DNA of 64,000 nucleotides from Fibrobacteria bacterium (lineage in GTDB: Bacteria; Fibrobacterota; Fibrobacteria; UBA11236): NCBI GenBank assembly GCA_043745805.1, contig JAYTSD010000017.1, positions 96,001-160,000 on the forward strand. Reading direction: 5' to 3'. The position numbers were made by a program, and so were the translations under genes. Under the pieces are notes generated by a model, which did not search any database, was not told the origin of the DNA, and worked only from the letters and a program-made list of their open reading frames with translations. Shown here in pieces: positions 1 through 10,986 of the stretch (position 1 is the first letter of the stretch; each line of letters starts with the position of its first letter).

Positions 1-449
1 TCTTCTGGGTCATCCGCTTCTTCAATTTCAGCATTAGGCAAAATTTGGCGAATGATGGTAACCGTTTCTTTACGGCGTGGGCATTCTTCATCAACAACCA
101 AAATGGTTCTATCAGAAGTATCAGTGGGTATTAGATTAGTTTCTAGAGACATATCCTCAAGATCGAGGTCCTCCTCGCCAAACAGTTCTTTTTCGTTCGG
201 CATTTTTATATCGTCTTCAATTTCTTTTTTACGCGTATCGAATTTTTCGATTAAGATGTCCGCGCTTATCTTTTGAATGTCGATGGAGTCTTCAAATTCC
301 AAAGGAACAGGTTTTTTAGCATTCTTGCTTTCTTTATTTTCTTTTAGTGGCTTGGCATTTTTTCCATCCCCAGCATCGGCACTATTGGCTTTTGCTTTGG
401 ATTTGGAGGAAGGTTCTTTTGAATCATTATTAGCTTTGGACTTATCCAT
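1..449 (-). CDS. Response-regulator receiver-like protein with long charged N-terminal extension (partial, runs off window start)
   Basis: Not in ORF track. Manual translation from ATG at 449 (GGAG RBS upstream): MDKSKANNDSKEPSSK...DRTILVVDEECPRRKETVTIIRQILPNAEIEEADDPE; ILVVDEE resembles REC beta1. Confidence 0.6.
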   Translation of the reverse strand, partial: MDKSKANNDSKEPSSKSKAKANSADAGDGKNAKPLKENKESKNAKKPVPLEFEDSIDIQKISADILIEKFDTRKKEIEDDIKMPNEKELFGEEDLDLEDMSLETNLIPTDTSDRTILVVDEECPRRKETVTIIRQILPNAEIEEADDPE

Positions 450-536
450 GCTTAGGCTCCAGCAAGTTTGGGGTATAAATATGCAAAAAAGATAGGGGAG
501 AGAGCGGTTAAATTTTAAGGGATATTTTTAATCGTC

Positions 537-2066
537 TCATTTTGACATGAGTGCTTCTATTTCTAGGACTTCTTTAGGAATATGAGCCGACATATTGCGG
601 CAGCCTTTGGTGGTAATCAGTAAATTGTCTTCAATACGAATGCCAATCCACTCCGAATATTTAACACCGGCTATAATCATTTCAAAATAACCATACAAAC
701 CTGGTTCACTGGATATCATCCACCCTATCTGTAAGGGATAATCTTGATAGAGGCGATGCGGATCTCCATCATGTTCTTGCTCACCCATCAAATGCGAAAC
801 ACCATGCGGTTGAAGGTTATAGGAGCGCTTTGCTTTCCCACCTTTCTCGAAAAAATCACTTTGGAGTTTCTCTTCAAGGAATAGCCATACCTTTTTATTT
901 AGTTCGCGTATGGTTGCATTGGGACAAACATTTTTTTGATTTTCAAGTTGCGCGGCCAAGACCACATTATAAAGCAATTTTTGCAAAGGATTATAGCGAC
1001 CCGAAGCGGGAATAGTACGGGAAATATCGGCATGCATGGTTCCAAAGCGTACGCCAAAATCCAGCAATATCAGGCCTTTAGGGTCCAGTGCTTCATCATT
1101 TTTTAAATAATGCAAAACCGTTGCGTTTTTTCCGGAAGCGATAATACTGGGGAAACTTAATCCAAAGGGACTACGTTTTTTCATTGCATATTCAATGTAA
1201 CAAGCCACTTCATTTTCATTATGGCAATTTTTTATTTCTTGTAAGGTGTCGCGAAAAGCCTGATGCGTGTGCTCCGTAGCCCATTCCACATCTTTAACTT
1301 GGAATTTTTCCAAAGGCAATCGTAAAGCAAAATGTGGCTCTATCCAAGTATTTATAGCAAATTTTTTGGTTGAAGCAAGGCGACTTAATTTTTCCAAGTA
1401 TTCTTTAAATACCCAATTATAATCGGATTTTGTTTCCAAAATTTTGGGTGGTTTTTTTTCGGTCTTGGGTTTTTGTTTTGAATCGCTTTTCGAGTTTGTT
1501 TTAGATTCCGATTTCGGTTCAAATTTTTGACTGGTATTGGGATAAGAATGAAATAGAGTATAGGCAAAACCTTTTTTATTCGCCTTCACTAACTTTTGAA
1601 AATAGGCGACAAAGTCCTGTATAGGTTTTACACAAGTTATTCCAGTTAAGGTGGTTATAGCAGATTTATCTTCGGCATAACTGTCGGAATTAGCCTTGGC
1701 TAATCCTAAACGTACGCCATCCCAAAATTCTTTTTTGGGATCTTTTTGCGGTACAAAGAGAATTTCTTTTTCATCTTTGCTAAATGGGTTCAAAATCAAA
1801 ATGATTTGGGTTTGGTTGATGCCGGTAAGATGCATGAGCGCAGGCTCTTGGAAAATACGTAGGCCGCTCATTACCCATAAATGTTCGGCTCCTGGTTCAC
1901 GAGGTAACCCAGAAAATACTGCAAAGCTATCTAGTTTAGCTAAGTGCGCTTTACGTCTTTGGATTAAAATTTGTGGCATGGTACTTCCCGCCGTGCCTAT
2001 TGGAAAAACTTGGGAATATTTTTTCAGTAAGGCAGGGGAAGGTTTAAGCATGGAATTAATTACCAA
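537..2066 (-). CDS. pepP: Xaa-Pro aminopeptidase (M24B); start may be ATG at 2051
   Basis: FWDG, SIIASGKNATVLHY, LLDFG, ADISRT, PHGVSH, SEPGLY, GIRIEDN motifs. Confidence 0.88.
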   Translation of the reverse strand: MVINSMLKPSPALLKKYSQVFPIGTAGSTMPQILIQRRKAHLAKLDSFAVFSGLPREPGAEHLWVMSGLRIFQEPALMHLTGINQTQIILILNPFSKDEKEILFVPQKDPKKEFWDGVRLGLAKANSDSYAEDKSAITTLTGITCVKPIQDFVAYFQKLVKANKKGFAYTLFHSYPNTSQKFEPKSESKTNSKSDSKQKPKTEKKPPKILETKSDYNWVFKEYLEKLSRLASTKKFAINTWIEPHFALRLPLEKFQVKDVEWATEHTHQAFRDTLQEIKNCHNENEVACYIEYAMKKRSPFGLSFPSIIASGKNATVLHYLKNDEALDPKGLILLDFGVRFGTMHADISRTIPASGRYNPLQKLLYNVVLAAQLENQKNVCPNATIRELNKKVWLFLEEKLQSDFFEKGGKAKRSYNLQPHGVSHLMGEQEHDGDPHRLYQDYPLQIGWMISSEPGLYGYFEMIIAGVKYSEWIGIRIEDNLLITTKGCRNMSAHIPKEVLEIEALMSK

Positions 2067-2665
2067 CCTGAGACATACGGTAAGCCCTGGGCGACCAATT
2101 CAATTTCATTCTGAGCAAGTAACAATTCATTCAAAGCGTTCCAACGCCCAGTGAGAAATTGCGTTTTCACTCCCAAGGGAATTTCGCATGGTTCGCTGAT
2201 AGGGCCTTTGACTGTGGAGGTGATTAAATCAACTTCCCAATTTGCTGCAGGATTTTGGCTTAAAGCGGCCACCAATTTATCTATAGACTCTTCGGTTACG
2301 GTAACGCATGGGATACCTAAGGAAACACAATTGCCATAAAATATTTCGGCAAAGGATTCACCCACAATGGCTTTGATTCCCCAACGCATAAGGGCTTGAG
2401 GGGCATGTTCACGCGACGATCCGCAGCCAAAATTTTTGTTCACAAAAAGAATCGAAGCCCCTTGATTTTGAGGTTTATCAAAGGCATGCAAATCGCCTTT
2501 CACTTTTAATTGGGCGCGATCATCTTCAAATGCATGTTCCCCAAGGCCATCGAATACTACGCAGCGTAAAAAACGTGCAGGGATAATGCGGTCGGTGTCT
2601 ATATCATTACCATTTACGGCAACGGCTTTTCCAGTAACTTTATTGACTATAGCTTGTGCTGTCAT
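2060..2665 (-). CDS. leuD: 3-isopropylmalate dehydratase small subunit
   Basis: DIDTDRIIPARFL, NFGCGSSREHAPQAL; adjacent to leuC. Confidence 0.97.
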   Translation of the reverse strand: MTAQAIVNKVTGKAVAVNGNDIDTDRIIPARFLRCVVFDGLGEHAFEDDRAQLKVKGDLHAFDKPQNQGASILFVNKNFGCGSSREHAPQALMRWGIKAIVGESFAEIFYGNCVSLGIPCVTVTEESIDKLVAALSQNPAANWEVDLITSTVKGPISEPCEIPLGVKTQFLTGRWNALNELLLAQNEIELVAQGLPYVSGW

Positions 2666-2696
2666 AATTTTATCCTTTTATTTCCCTAAACTTTAG

Positions 2697-4139
2697 TTAA
2701 ACTACCGATGCATAGGCGGGTTCAAAAACAACACGTGAATCCGCTACACTACCCGAAATAGCAGCCGCCGCAGCCATAGCTGGGCTCATTAATAAGGTTC
2801 TGCCTAAGGATGAGCCTTGACGACCTTTAAAGTTGCGATTGGAGGTGGAAGCGCAAAGCTGACGACCGGATAATTTATCAGGGTTCATCGCTAAGCACAT
2901 AGAACAGCCCGGTTCGCGCCATTCAAAACCAGCCTCTAAAAATATTTCTTTCAAGCCAATTGCTTCAGCCGCTTTTTGCACGGCTTCGGATCCAGGAACT
3001 ATTAAAGCTTGCACATTAGGGGCTACATGATGGCCTTTGACTAAGCGTGCGGCTTCTTGTAAATCGGATAAGCGTCCATTGGTACAGGAACCAATGAATA
3101 CCACATCCACTGGAAGTCCGAGTAAACTTTGACCTTCGGAAACTGACATATATTCAAAAGCTTCTTTAACCAAGCTTTGTTCGGAAATAGGGAATGCCGA
3201 GAGAGCTGGGATAGTCTGACTGATACCTACACTTTGACTAGGCGTGATACCCCAAGTTACAAAGGGTTCGATGTCTTCACCTTTGAGAACCACTATATCA
3301 TCATATTCCGCATCGGGATCCGAAGCAGTGGATTTCCAATAGGCCAAGGCTTTGTCCCATTCGCTATCCTTTGGCGCATAGGGGCGACCTTTTAAATAAG
3401 CATAAGTTTTCTCATCGGGGTTCACATAACCGGCGCGTGCACCACCTTCAATGGACATATTGCACAAAGTCATGCGCTCTTCCATCGAAAAATTTTCAAT
3501 TACCGAACCAGCATATTCGTAAGCGTGACCTACGCCACCATTTACTCCTAGTTTATGAATAATAGCCAAGATCACATCTTTGGCATATACACCTTTACGT
3601 AACTTACCCGTTACTTCGATTTTACGAACTTTTAATTTGCCCATGCTCATGGTTTGTGTGGCTAAAATATCGGCCACTTGACTGGTTCCAATCCCAAAAG
3701 CTAAGGCGCCAAAAGCACCATGCGTAGAGGTATGGCTATCCCCACAAGCGATGGTTTGTCCAGGTTGGGTTAAACCTAATTCTGGACCAATCACATGGAC
3801 CACGCCTTGTTTACCCGAATCGGGTCCAAAAAAAGGAATGTCTTGCGCCTTGGTGTTTTGTTCAATAGCCACGAACATTTCTTCCGCTAAAGCGTCTTTA
3901 AGCGGCCTTTGTCTGTCCTTGATGCCAGTGGGAATAATATGATCCACAGTGGCGAAAGTACGCAAAGGATATTTGACTTTTATGCCTCGGTCTTTAAGAA
4001 TTGAAAAGGCTTGGGGAGAGGTGACTTCATGAATTAAATGCAAGCCAATAAAAAGTTGATATTGTCCCGAAGGCAACTTTTGTACGGTATGTTTATCGAA
4101 AACTTTATGGTAAAGACTTTTACCCATTGTTTGTCCCAT
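2697..4139 (-). CDS. leuC: 3-isopropylmalate dehydratase large subunit
   Basis: [45 protein letters not shown]. Confidence 0.98.
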   Translation of the reverse strand: MGQTMGKSLYHKVFDKHTVQKLPSGQYQLFIGLHLIHEVTSPQAFSILKDRGIKVKYPLRTFATVDHIIPTGIKDRQRPLKDALAEEMFVAIEQNTKAQDIPFFGPDSGKQGVVHVIGPELGLTQPGQTIACGDSHTSTHGAFGALAFGIGTSQVADILATQTMSMGKLKVRKIEVTGKLRKGVYAKDVILAIIHKLGVNGGVGHAYEYAGSVIENFSMEERMTLCNMSIEGGARAGYVNPDEKTYAYLKGRPYAPKDSEWDKALAYWKSTASDPDAEYDDIVVLKGEDIEPFVTWGITPSQSVGISQTIPALSAFPISEQSLVKEAFEYMSVSEGQSLLGLPVDVVFIGSCTNGRLSDLQEAARLVKGHHVAPNVQALIVPGSEAVQKAAEAIGLKEIFLEAGFEWREPGCSMCLAMNPDKLSGRQLCASTSNRNFKGRQGSSLGRTLLMSPAMAAAAAISGSVADSRVVFEPAYASVV

Positions 4140-4161
4140 GGTTAATGATTTTTAAAATGTA

Positions 4162-4659
4162 TTAAATCGAATCGTGGAGCGCGCTTAGGATTTTCTCTTC
4201 GAGCTCTTCTTCGGGGTGTAATCCCACAATTTTTGCCTTAAACTTTTGATCTTTCCCAACTAAAAAGGAAGTCGGCAAACCTTCAATGCCACCAAATTGC
4301 TTGGTCAATTCTTCCGAACCAATGAGCAACGGATAGTTTATACCCATTTCTTGCGCTATCGCTTTCACTTTTGCGCCTTCAGGATCATCGACATTAATGG
4401 CTAATACCGAAAAATTTTGGGCTTTAAATTTCTCATGAAGTTTAATCAAGCTAGGAATTTCCATTTGACAAGGTCCACACCATGTGGCCCAGAAAACGAT
4501 TAGGCTTACGCGACTTTCCTTGCTCTTAAGAGAAACACTTTCGCCATTATACGTTTGCAGAATTAAATCCGGTACTTCACCGGAGATTGCATTTTTGCTA
4601 ACCTGGCAATTCCAAAAGCAAGTACAAAGAATTAGTAAAAAGGAGAGACGATAAAACAA
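4162..4659 (-). CDS. TlpA/ResA-family thiol-disulfide oxidoreductase, probable lipoprotein
   Basis: FWATWCGPC CxxC, cis-Pro GLPTSF, hydrophobic N-terminus with Cys. Confidence 0.9.
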   Translation of the reverse strand: MFYRLSFLLILCTCFWNCQVSKNAISGEVPDLILQTYNGESVSLKSKESRVSLIVFWATWCGPCQMEIPSLIKLHEKFKAQNFSVLAINVDDPEGAKVKAIAQEMGINYPLLIGSEELTKQFGGIEGLPTSFLVGKDQKFKAKIVGLHPEEELEEKILSALHDSI

Positions 4660-4780
4660 AAGACTCCTGAAAGTGGCATATCCTGTGGATGTGTTTTACA
4701 ATATATAAAAATATAAAAGCTCTGAAACAAAAAGGCAGAGTTAAAAGTTCGCATGAATTTCGGACTTTGAGGAAAAACAG

Positions 4781-6484
4781 TTGGCAGAAAAACTTGGTGA
4801 AATTTTATTACGTGATGGCATTGTTGCTCCCGAGCAATTAGATAAAGCCTTAAAGGCCCAAGCAGCACATGGCGGAAGTTTAGGCGAACATTTGGTAAGT
4901 GTGGGTGCGATTGCTACGGTAGACGATATAGTTTGGCAGCTTGCTGAGCAACTGAATACCAAAGTGGTGAATGTCGCTGAAATAGATATTCCTGCCTCGG
5001 TCATTTCCTTAGTTCCCGAAGAAATGGTTATGAAATACGGTGTTATACCGGTTCAACGGGAAGATAAGCTTATTCATATTGTAATTGCCGACCCCAAAAA
5101 TGTGTTCGTCAGCGAGGCCATTAAGTTTTTAACGGGCTGCCAAGTGCGGGTATGGTTGACTCCCGAAAGTCAGCTCAAAAAGGCCATGGAAAAATATTAT
5201 TTGTCCAATGTGAATTCGGGCGAAATGAAAAATATTTTGCAGGATGTAGAAGAGAGTTCCATTGAAGTCGATCAAAATACCGAGGATTTAGACGAGGCTG
5301 GTAGCGAATACCAAGTTATGGAAGCCCCACTTGTCCGCTTGGTAAATAAATTTATTTCGGATGCTATTAAATTAAGAGCTTCAGATATTCATGTAGAGAC
5401 CTATGAAAAATCAGTGCGCGTGCGCTATCGTATTGATGGTAATTTAAACGAATCCACTAATTTGCCTTACAAATTAAAAGGGGCCGTAGTTTCGCGTTTA
5501 AAAATTATGGCCAATCTCGATATTTCCGAACGACGCCTGCCTCAAGATGGGCGTATAAAAATTCATATTGGCAAAAAAAAATATGATTTGCGCGTAAGCA
5601 CATTGCCCACTATTTATGGTGAAAAAGTTGTAATGCGTATTTTGGATCAAGACAATTTAAACTTGGATTTAGCCAAAATTGGTTTTTCGGAAAAAAGCTT
5701 GCGTGATTTTAATGATGCTTTAGGCTCTCCCTTTGGAATGATTTTAGTAACGGGACCAACCGGATCTGGTAAATCCACTACGCTTTATTCGGCCTTACAA
5801 TCGGTCAATAAACCGGATATAAATATTATGACTGCAGAAGATCCCGTGGAATACAATTTGGAGGGCATTAATCAAGTGCAAGTCAATGGAGATATTGGAC
5901 TTACTTTTGCCTCGGCTTTAAAATCCTTTTTACGGCAAGATCCCGATGTTATCATGGTTGGTGAAATACGTGATTTGGAAACGGCGCAAATAGCTACCAA
6001 GGCTGCATTAACAGGACATTTAGTTTTAAGCACCTTACATACTAACGATGCGCCCAGCACGGTGACACGCATGTGCGATATGGGCATTGAACCTTTTTTA
6101 ATTGCAACTTCGGTGCGTATAGTAGTGGCGCAAAGATTAATGCGGAAAATTTGTGTCAATTGCAAAACCTTAGATCCCAATCCCAATCCCGAATTTATTC
6201 GCTTGCTGGAAATAACTGATGAAGAAGCAAAAAATATTCAGTTCTTTCATGGCAAAGGCTGTAGTACATGCTCAGGCTTAGGGACTAAGGGGCGTTTAGC
6301 CATTCATCAAGTGATGCCCATATCCAATGCTATTCGCCAGCTTATTGTGGACCGAGCTACTGCGGATGAAATTGAAAAAGTTTCCATTGGCGAAGGGGTA
6401 TTTAATTTACGTATGTCGGCTATCGAGCAATTTAAAAAGGGGATAGTTAGTGCACAAGAAGTGATAAAAACTACCAAAACATAA
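4781..6484 (+). CDS. pilB: Type IV pilus assembly ATPase PilB with N-terminal MshEN-like domain
   Basis: ASDIHVE, ERRLPQDG, GPTGSGKSTT, LRQDPDVIMVGEIRD, tetracysteine motif; TTG start. Confidence 0.96.
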   Translation: MAEKLGEILLRDGIVAPEQLDKALKAQAAHGGSLGEHLVSVGAIATVDDIVWQLAEQLNTKVVNVAEIDIPASVISLVPEEMVMKYGVIPVQREDKLIHIVIADPKNVFVSEAIKFLTGCQVRVWLTPESQLKKAMEKYYLSNVNSGEMKNILQDVEESSIEVDQNTEDLDEAGSEYQVMEAPLVRLVNKFISDAIKLRASDIHVETYEKSVRVRYRIDGNLNESTNLPYKLKGAVVSRLKIMANLDISERRLPQDGRIKIHIGKKKYDLRVSTLPTIYGEKVVMRILDQDNLNLDLAKIGFSEKSLRDFNDALGSPFGMILVTGPTGSGKSTTLYSALQSVNKPDINIMTAEDPVEYNLEGINQVQVNGDIGLTFASALKSFLRQDPDVIMVGEIRDLETAQIATKAALTGHLVLSTLHTNDAPSTVTRMCDMGIEPFLIATSVRIVVAQRLMRKICVNCKTLDPNPNPEFIRLLEITDEEAKNIQFFHGKGCSTCSGLGTKGRLAIHQVMPISNAIRQLIVDRATADEIEKVSIGEGVFNLRMSAIEQFKKGIVSAQEVIKTTKT

Positions 6485-6527
6485 TTTTTTCACTATATAT
6501 TTGTGTGTTCGATTATAGGCAGGTTAA

Positions 6528-7592
6528 ATGGTAAATATTCAAGAACTCCTCAATAAAATGATAGAGCTCGGGGCTTCCGATTTACATATTACACAAGGTA
6601 AACCTCCATTATTTCGGGTGCATGGAAATTTACGTGCTGCGATGCAAGACGCCTTAAATGCTGAGGATTGTATACGTATTTCGTATAGCGTTATGAATGA
6701 AGCGCAACGCAAAAATTTTGAACATAAAAAGGAATATGATTTTTCTTTTGGCATTAATAGCTTAGCCCGTTTTCGCGCTAATGTTTTTATGCAACGTGGC
6801 ACGGTGGCGATGGCCATACGTTTAATCCCCTTTGATATTCTAACCATGGATCAACTAGGCTTGCCAAAAGCGATGGGCGAATTTACCGATAGGCCTACTG
6901 GACTGGTTTTAGTGACTGGACCAACAGGTTCTGGCAAAAGTACCACTTTGGCTGCAATGATTGATAAAATCAATACGGAAATGGAAGGCCATATTTTAAC
7001 CGTAGAAGATCCAATTGAATTTGTCCATAAACATAAGCGTTGCATTATTAATCAAAGAGAAGTTCGTTCCGATACAGAAAGCTTTAGTTCGGCTTTAAGA
7101 GTGGCTTTACGTCAAGATCCTGATGTAGTTTTGATTGGAGAAATGCGCGATACTGAAACGATGGCTGCGGCATTATCGATTGCTGAAACCGGACATTTAA
7201 CTTTAGCTACTTTACATACTAATTCCTGCGCACAAACAATTAATCGTATTGTAGATGCTTTTCCGGCGGGAGAAAAATCACAAATTCGTACCCAACTCTC
7301 TTTTGTATTACAAGGTGTCATAAGCCAAAATTTGATTCCTAAAATTGGTGGTGGGCGGGTTTTGGCTTATGAAATAATGACCATAACTCCAGCGATACGC
7401 TCTATGATTCGCGATGATAAAATTCATCAAATCCAAAGTTCTATTGAAGCGGGTCAAAAATTTGGAATGAATACTATGAATGCTAAATTGGTTGAGTTGG
7501 TGCAAACTCGTAAAGTAGAACGCAATGAAGCGCTTAGCCGTTCTCCCGATCCTGAACATTTTGAGCGTTTATTAGCAGGTAATTTTCGTTAG
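6528..7592 (+). CDS. pilT: Type IV pilus retraction ATPase PilT
   Basis: GPTGSGKSTTLAAM, TVEDPIEF, AETGHL, AIRSMIRD. Confidence 0.97.
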   Translation: MVNIQELLNKMIELGASDLHITQGKPPLFRVHGNLRAAMQDALNAEDCIRISYSVMNEAQRKNFEHKKEYDFSFGINSLARFRANVFMQRGTVAMAIRLIPFDILTMDQLGLPKAMGEFTDRPTGLVLVTGPTGSGKSTTLAAMIDKINTEMEGHILTVEDPIEFVHKHKRCIINQREVRSDTESFSSALRVALRQDPDVVLIGEMRDTETMAAALSIAETGHLTLATLHTNSCAQTINRIVDAFPAGEKSQIRTQLSFVLQGVISQNLIPKIGGGRVLAYEIMTITPAIRSMIRDDKIHQIQSSIEAGQKFGMNTMNAKLVELVQTRKVERNEALSRSPDPEHFERLLAGNFR

Positions 7593-7638
7593 TGAGAGCT
7601 AATGCTTAAGCAAGTTAGGTATGAATTAAAGGAATACA

Positions 7639-8838
7639 ATGGCAAAGTGGTTATATAAAGGCCGAACGGCAAATGGTAAAGAAGTCAGTGGTGAATTTGA
7701 AGCCAATAGTAAAGAAGATGCAGAAAATCTTTTAAGAAAAAAACGCGTTCGGGTTAGTCAAATCAAAAAGAAGCCGATGGCTATGAATTTTAATATGAAC
7801 AAAGGTGTTCCGCTTAAAATTTTAGCCCGTTTCACCCGTCAATTTTCGGCTATGACTTCAGCCGGCTTACCTTTAATTCAATGCTTAGATATTCTACAAG
7901 AACAAACCGAAAATGAAAATTTAAAAGTTGCGGTAAAACAAGTAGCATCGGATATTCAAGGAGGTGGCACATTAGCCGATTCTTTAAATAAACATCGCGC
8001 CATCTTCTCAGAGCTTTATTGTCAAATGATAGCAGCCGGTGAAGCCGGTGGTATTTTGGATACCATTCTTTTAAGGCTTGCAGAATATCAAGAAAAAGCC
8101 GAAGCTTTGCGACGTAAAATTAAAGGCGCTATGACCTATCCTATTATTGTAGGTGTAGTGGCTATGGCTGCCGTGGCTATTTTAATGATTTTTGTGGTAC
8201 CCATTTTTACCGGGATGTTTTCCGAAAGTGGTGCAAAGTTACCGTTACCCACACGTATCGTTGTGGGGATCAGTGATTTTATACGCCATTGGATTTTAGG
8301 TATTGGCGCGGGCATAGGTTTGGGTATTGTGGCATTTAAAAAATATGTAAAGACAGATGCCGGCGCTTTGAGATTCGATAAAATTTTATTGAATGCGCCG
8401 GTATTTGGGGATTTGGAAAGAAAATCTTGCATATCACGCTTTACGCGTACCTTAGGAACGCTGTTAAATTCGGGAGTAAGTATTATAGATGCTTTACAAG
8501 TTACGGCTAAAACTGCGGGTAATAAGGTTTTAGAAATGGGTATTTATAAAACCTTAGAGAGTATATCTGGAGGCCAAACCATTGCCGATCCTTTGAAAGC
8601 GACTGGGGTTTTCCCTCCCATGGTGATTCAGATGATTGCGGTGGGTGAACGTACCGGTGGATTATCCGATATGCTTGTGAAAATTTCAGGATTCTATGAT
8701 GATGAAGTGGATGCTGCGGTTGATAACTTAACGGCGATGTTAGAACCTTTGGTGATTGTGGTTTTAGGTAGCATTATTGGTGGCGTACTTGTGGCTATGT
8801 ATTTACCAATGTTTGAAATGGCAGGTACGGTTGGTTAA
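7639..8838 (+). CDS. pilC: Type IV pilus inner-membrane platform protein PilC (T2SSF family)
   Basis: FTRQFSAM, GEAGG, AMTYP, GERTG, LEP, YLPMF; follows pilB-pilT. Confidence 0.96.
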   Translation: MAKWLYKGRTANGKEVSGEFEANSKEDAENLLRKKRVRVSQIKKKPMAMNFNMNKGVPLKILARFTRQFSAMTSAGLPLIQCLDILQEQTENENLKVAVKQVASDIQGGGTLADSLNKHRAIFSELYCQMIAAGEAGGILDTILLRLAEYQEKAEALRRKIKGAMTYPIIVGVVAMAAVAILMIFVVPIFTGMFSESGAKLPLPTRIVVGISDFIRHWILGIGAGIGLGIVAFKKYVKTDAGALRFDKILLNAPVFGDLERKSCISRFTRTLGTLLNSGVSIIDALQVTAKTAGNKVLEMGIYKTLESISGGQTIADPLKATGVFPPMVIQMIAVGERTGGLSDMLVKISGFYDDEVDAAVDNLTAMLEPLVIVVLGSIIGGVLVAMYLPMFEMAGTVG

Positions 8839-8882
8839 GCATAAGTTTTGATGGCTAATTTTAAGGAATATTTTAATTAGTC

Positions 8883-10598
8883 ATGCTTAAGAACTTTTTT
8901 AGACAAATAGGAAAATTGATTTTTCCTAATACCGAAAGCACTTCGCCTTGGCAAGGGCAATTTCATAAGTTGGATATACTCAGTGTGGTTATTTCACGAG
9001 CCACCTTATTTGGCATATTATTTTGGGTAGCCATATCTTTTGATCACGAAAATATTTTACGCACTTTACTTTTTGTTTATGGTTTATCCACGGTACTTTA
9101 TTTATCGGTATGGATATGGTCCTATCGTACCAAGCGATCTTCGCCCATAGGTGTTCTCCTTTATTTCCAATTTTTCATAGAACTATCCGTTGAAACCACT
9201 ATCTTTTTTTCGGGCGGAGGATTTACTTCCGATTATGGCTTACTTTTTTTACTTACCATTTTAAGTGCGGGTTTGTTTTTCCAATTTTGGGGATCACTTA
9301 TCATTGCGACTTTAGCAGTAGGATTATTAGGCTATTCAGGACTTTTGCATTTAGGGTTGGCAAATCCGTTAGGCATATATTTGCCGAGTTTATCGGTGGA
9401 AACTGTGCAAGTTCGATTTTTTCTATACACAAGTTTATTTTACTTAAGCGCATTACTCTCCTCTCATTTATCTGCGCGACTGATGGCGGCTACCAAAGAA
9501 TTAGCAGGGACTCATGAGGCATTAGATTTATATCAATTTAGTGCCGAAAATATGATGAGCAATTTGCCCAATGGCCTAATATTTTTCGATGCTGCAAATC
9601 TTTTGAAATACACAAATAATCGTAGTGAAGAATTGTTAGGGTTAAAATTAATTGCTGGCATGAGCATACAAGAAGTCTTTAGTGGCATACCTTTTCCTTC
9701 AGAAATAATAGATAGCGTGGAAAAGGAAAAAAGTGATTTCCCATTTACCGAAGTGGAAATATGGCTTTCGGAGGACAGGCCCTTACACGTGCAGCTTAAG
9801 GCTTTAGTGCGCAAAGAAAAGTTTTTGGGAATGATCATTACCTTGATGGATTTTACCCAAGAAAAGCAAATGGAAAAAGCTTTGCTAAAATCGGCGCGTA
9901 TGGCGGCAATTGGGGAAATGTCTGCAAAGATGGCGCATGAAATTCGTAATCCATTAGCCAGTATCAGCGGTTCTGCGCAAATGCTAGAGGACTCTACGGG
10001 TTTGGCAGGTAGTGATGCAAAATTATTGAGTTTAATTATTACGCAATCACAGCGTTTGGATAGAACTTTAACCGGTTTACTTAATTATGCAAAAGATAAA
10101 ACGCCATCTTATAGAAAAGTTTCGGCATTGGCTTTGTTTCGTGAAGTAGAGTCGGTATTGGAAAAAAATCCAAGTTTCAATAAAGATCTTGTTTCTATCA
10201 CACAATTTATAGAAAATGGAGATATTGAGTTTACTAGCGATAAGGATTTAATATTTCAAGTTCTATTGAATATCGCCTTGAATGGATTACAAGCTTTGCT
10301 CGAGGGGAATGGTGTTTTGGAGTTTAGTGCAAAACATTATGAAAAGGGAATTTGTTTTCAACTACGTGATAATGGAATAGGATTGACTCCATTGGAATTA
10401 TCGCGGGCATTTGAGCCTTTTTTTACAACTAAATCTTTTGGAACAGGGTTAGGTTTAGCAACTTGTTTTCATTATGTGCAAAAGCTGGATGGAAATATTA
10501 ACTTAAACTCCACCAAAGGTATCGGAACGGTGGTGACGGTCACATTGCCGAAGAACATTTCTAAAATGGGAATTGTACAGAATGGATATCAAGCATAG
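8883..10598 (+). CDS. pilS: PilS-like membrane sensor histidine kinase (multi-TM, PAS-like, HisKA, HATPase)
   Basis: Multi-TM N-terminus, MAHEIRNPL H-box, DNGIG, FEPFFTTK, GTGLGL; position after pilC. Confidence 0.8.
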   Translation: MLKNFFRQIGKLIFPNTESTSPWQGQFHKLDILSVVISRATLFGILFWVAISFDHENILRTLLFVYGLSTVLYLSVWIWSYRTKRSSPIGVLLYFQFFIELSVETTIFFSGGGFTSDYGLLFLLTILSAGLFFQFWGSLIIATLAVGLLGYSGLLHLGLANPLGIYLPSLSVETVQVRFFLYTSLFYLSALLSSHLSARLMAATKELAGTHEALDLYQFSAENMMSNLPNGLIFFDAANLLKYTNNRSEELLGLKLIAGMSIQEVFSGIPFPSEIIDSVEKEKSDFPFTEVEIWLSEDRPLHVQLKALVRKEKFLGMIITLMDFTQEKQMEKALLKSARMAAIGEMSAKMAHEIRNPLASISGSAQMLEDSTGLAGSDAKLLSLIITQSQRLDRTLTGLLNYAKDKTPSYRKVSALALFREVESVLEKNPSFNKDLVSITQFIENGDIEFTSDKDLIFQVLLNIALNGLQALLEGNGVLEFSAKHYEKGICFQLRDNGIGLTPLELSRAFEPFFTTKSFGTGLGLATCFHYVQKLDGNINLNSTKGIGTVVTVTLPKNISKMGIVQNGYQA

Positions 10599-10914
10599 AA
10601 CTTTAGGCAAGTGGAATATCTTGGATATTAGCGGCCATATTAAGGGAAATGAAGTTTCTCATTTTCGTGCAGCAATTCAAAAATCCATTAGTGAAAGTAA
10701 AAATTTTCTAGTGGCAAATATGGCTGAGGTCGGCTTTATTGATAGCTCAGGCGTGGGGATGTTAATTACCTGTCATCAAGATTTAAAATCTGTGGGCGGG
10801 CAATTAGTACTTATGCGTTTATCGGATGACATTTATGATTTATTTGAAATGACATCCATAGATAGGCTTTTTGAAATTGTGGATTCTGAGGAAGATTTAG
10901 CCTCCAAGGGATAA
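10582..10914 (+). CDS. STAS-domain anti-sigma factor antagonist
   Basis: VGFIDSSGVGML phosphorylatable Ser motif; ATG at 10582 overlaps the pilS 3' end. Confidence 0.9.
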   Translation: MDIKHRTLGKWNILDISGHIKGNEVSHFRAAIQKSISESKNFLVANMAEVGFIDSSGVGMLITCHQDLKSVGGQLVLMRLSDDIYDLFEMTSIDRLFEIVDSEEDLASKG

Positions 10915-10940
10915 ATTCAATAATTTTTATTAAAAACCCT

Positions 10941-10967
10941 TTAAGCTTCGGGATAATTATCCGATAC
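10941..10967 (+). promoter_or_regulatory. Sigma-28 (FliA)-type promoter upstream of flgM
   Basis: TTAAGCTT-N11-TCCGATAC versus consensus TAAAGTTT-N11-GCCGATAA, just before the flgM start. Confidence 0.7.
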
Positions 10968-10986
10968 TACTAGTAGGGAAGTAACC

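Noticed and set aside
52-495. Plus-strand ORFs 52-276 and 277-495
   Set aside because: Antisense shadows of the minus-strand gene starting at 449
1440-1535. Lys/Ser-rich insertion in PepP as a repeat or mobile insert
   Set aside because: In-frame low-complexity linker with no discrete repeat unit
4674-4690. TGGCATATCCTGTGGA as a sigma-54 promoter for pilB
   Set aside because: The -12 element lacks the invariant GC
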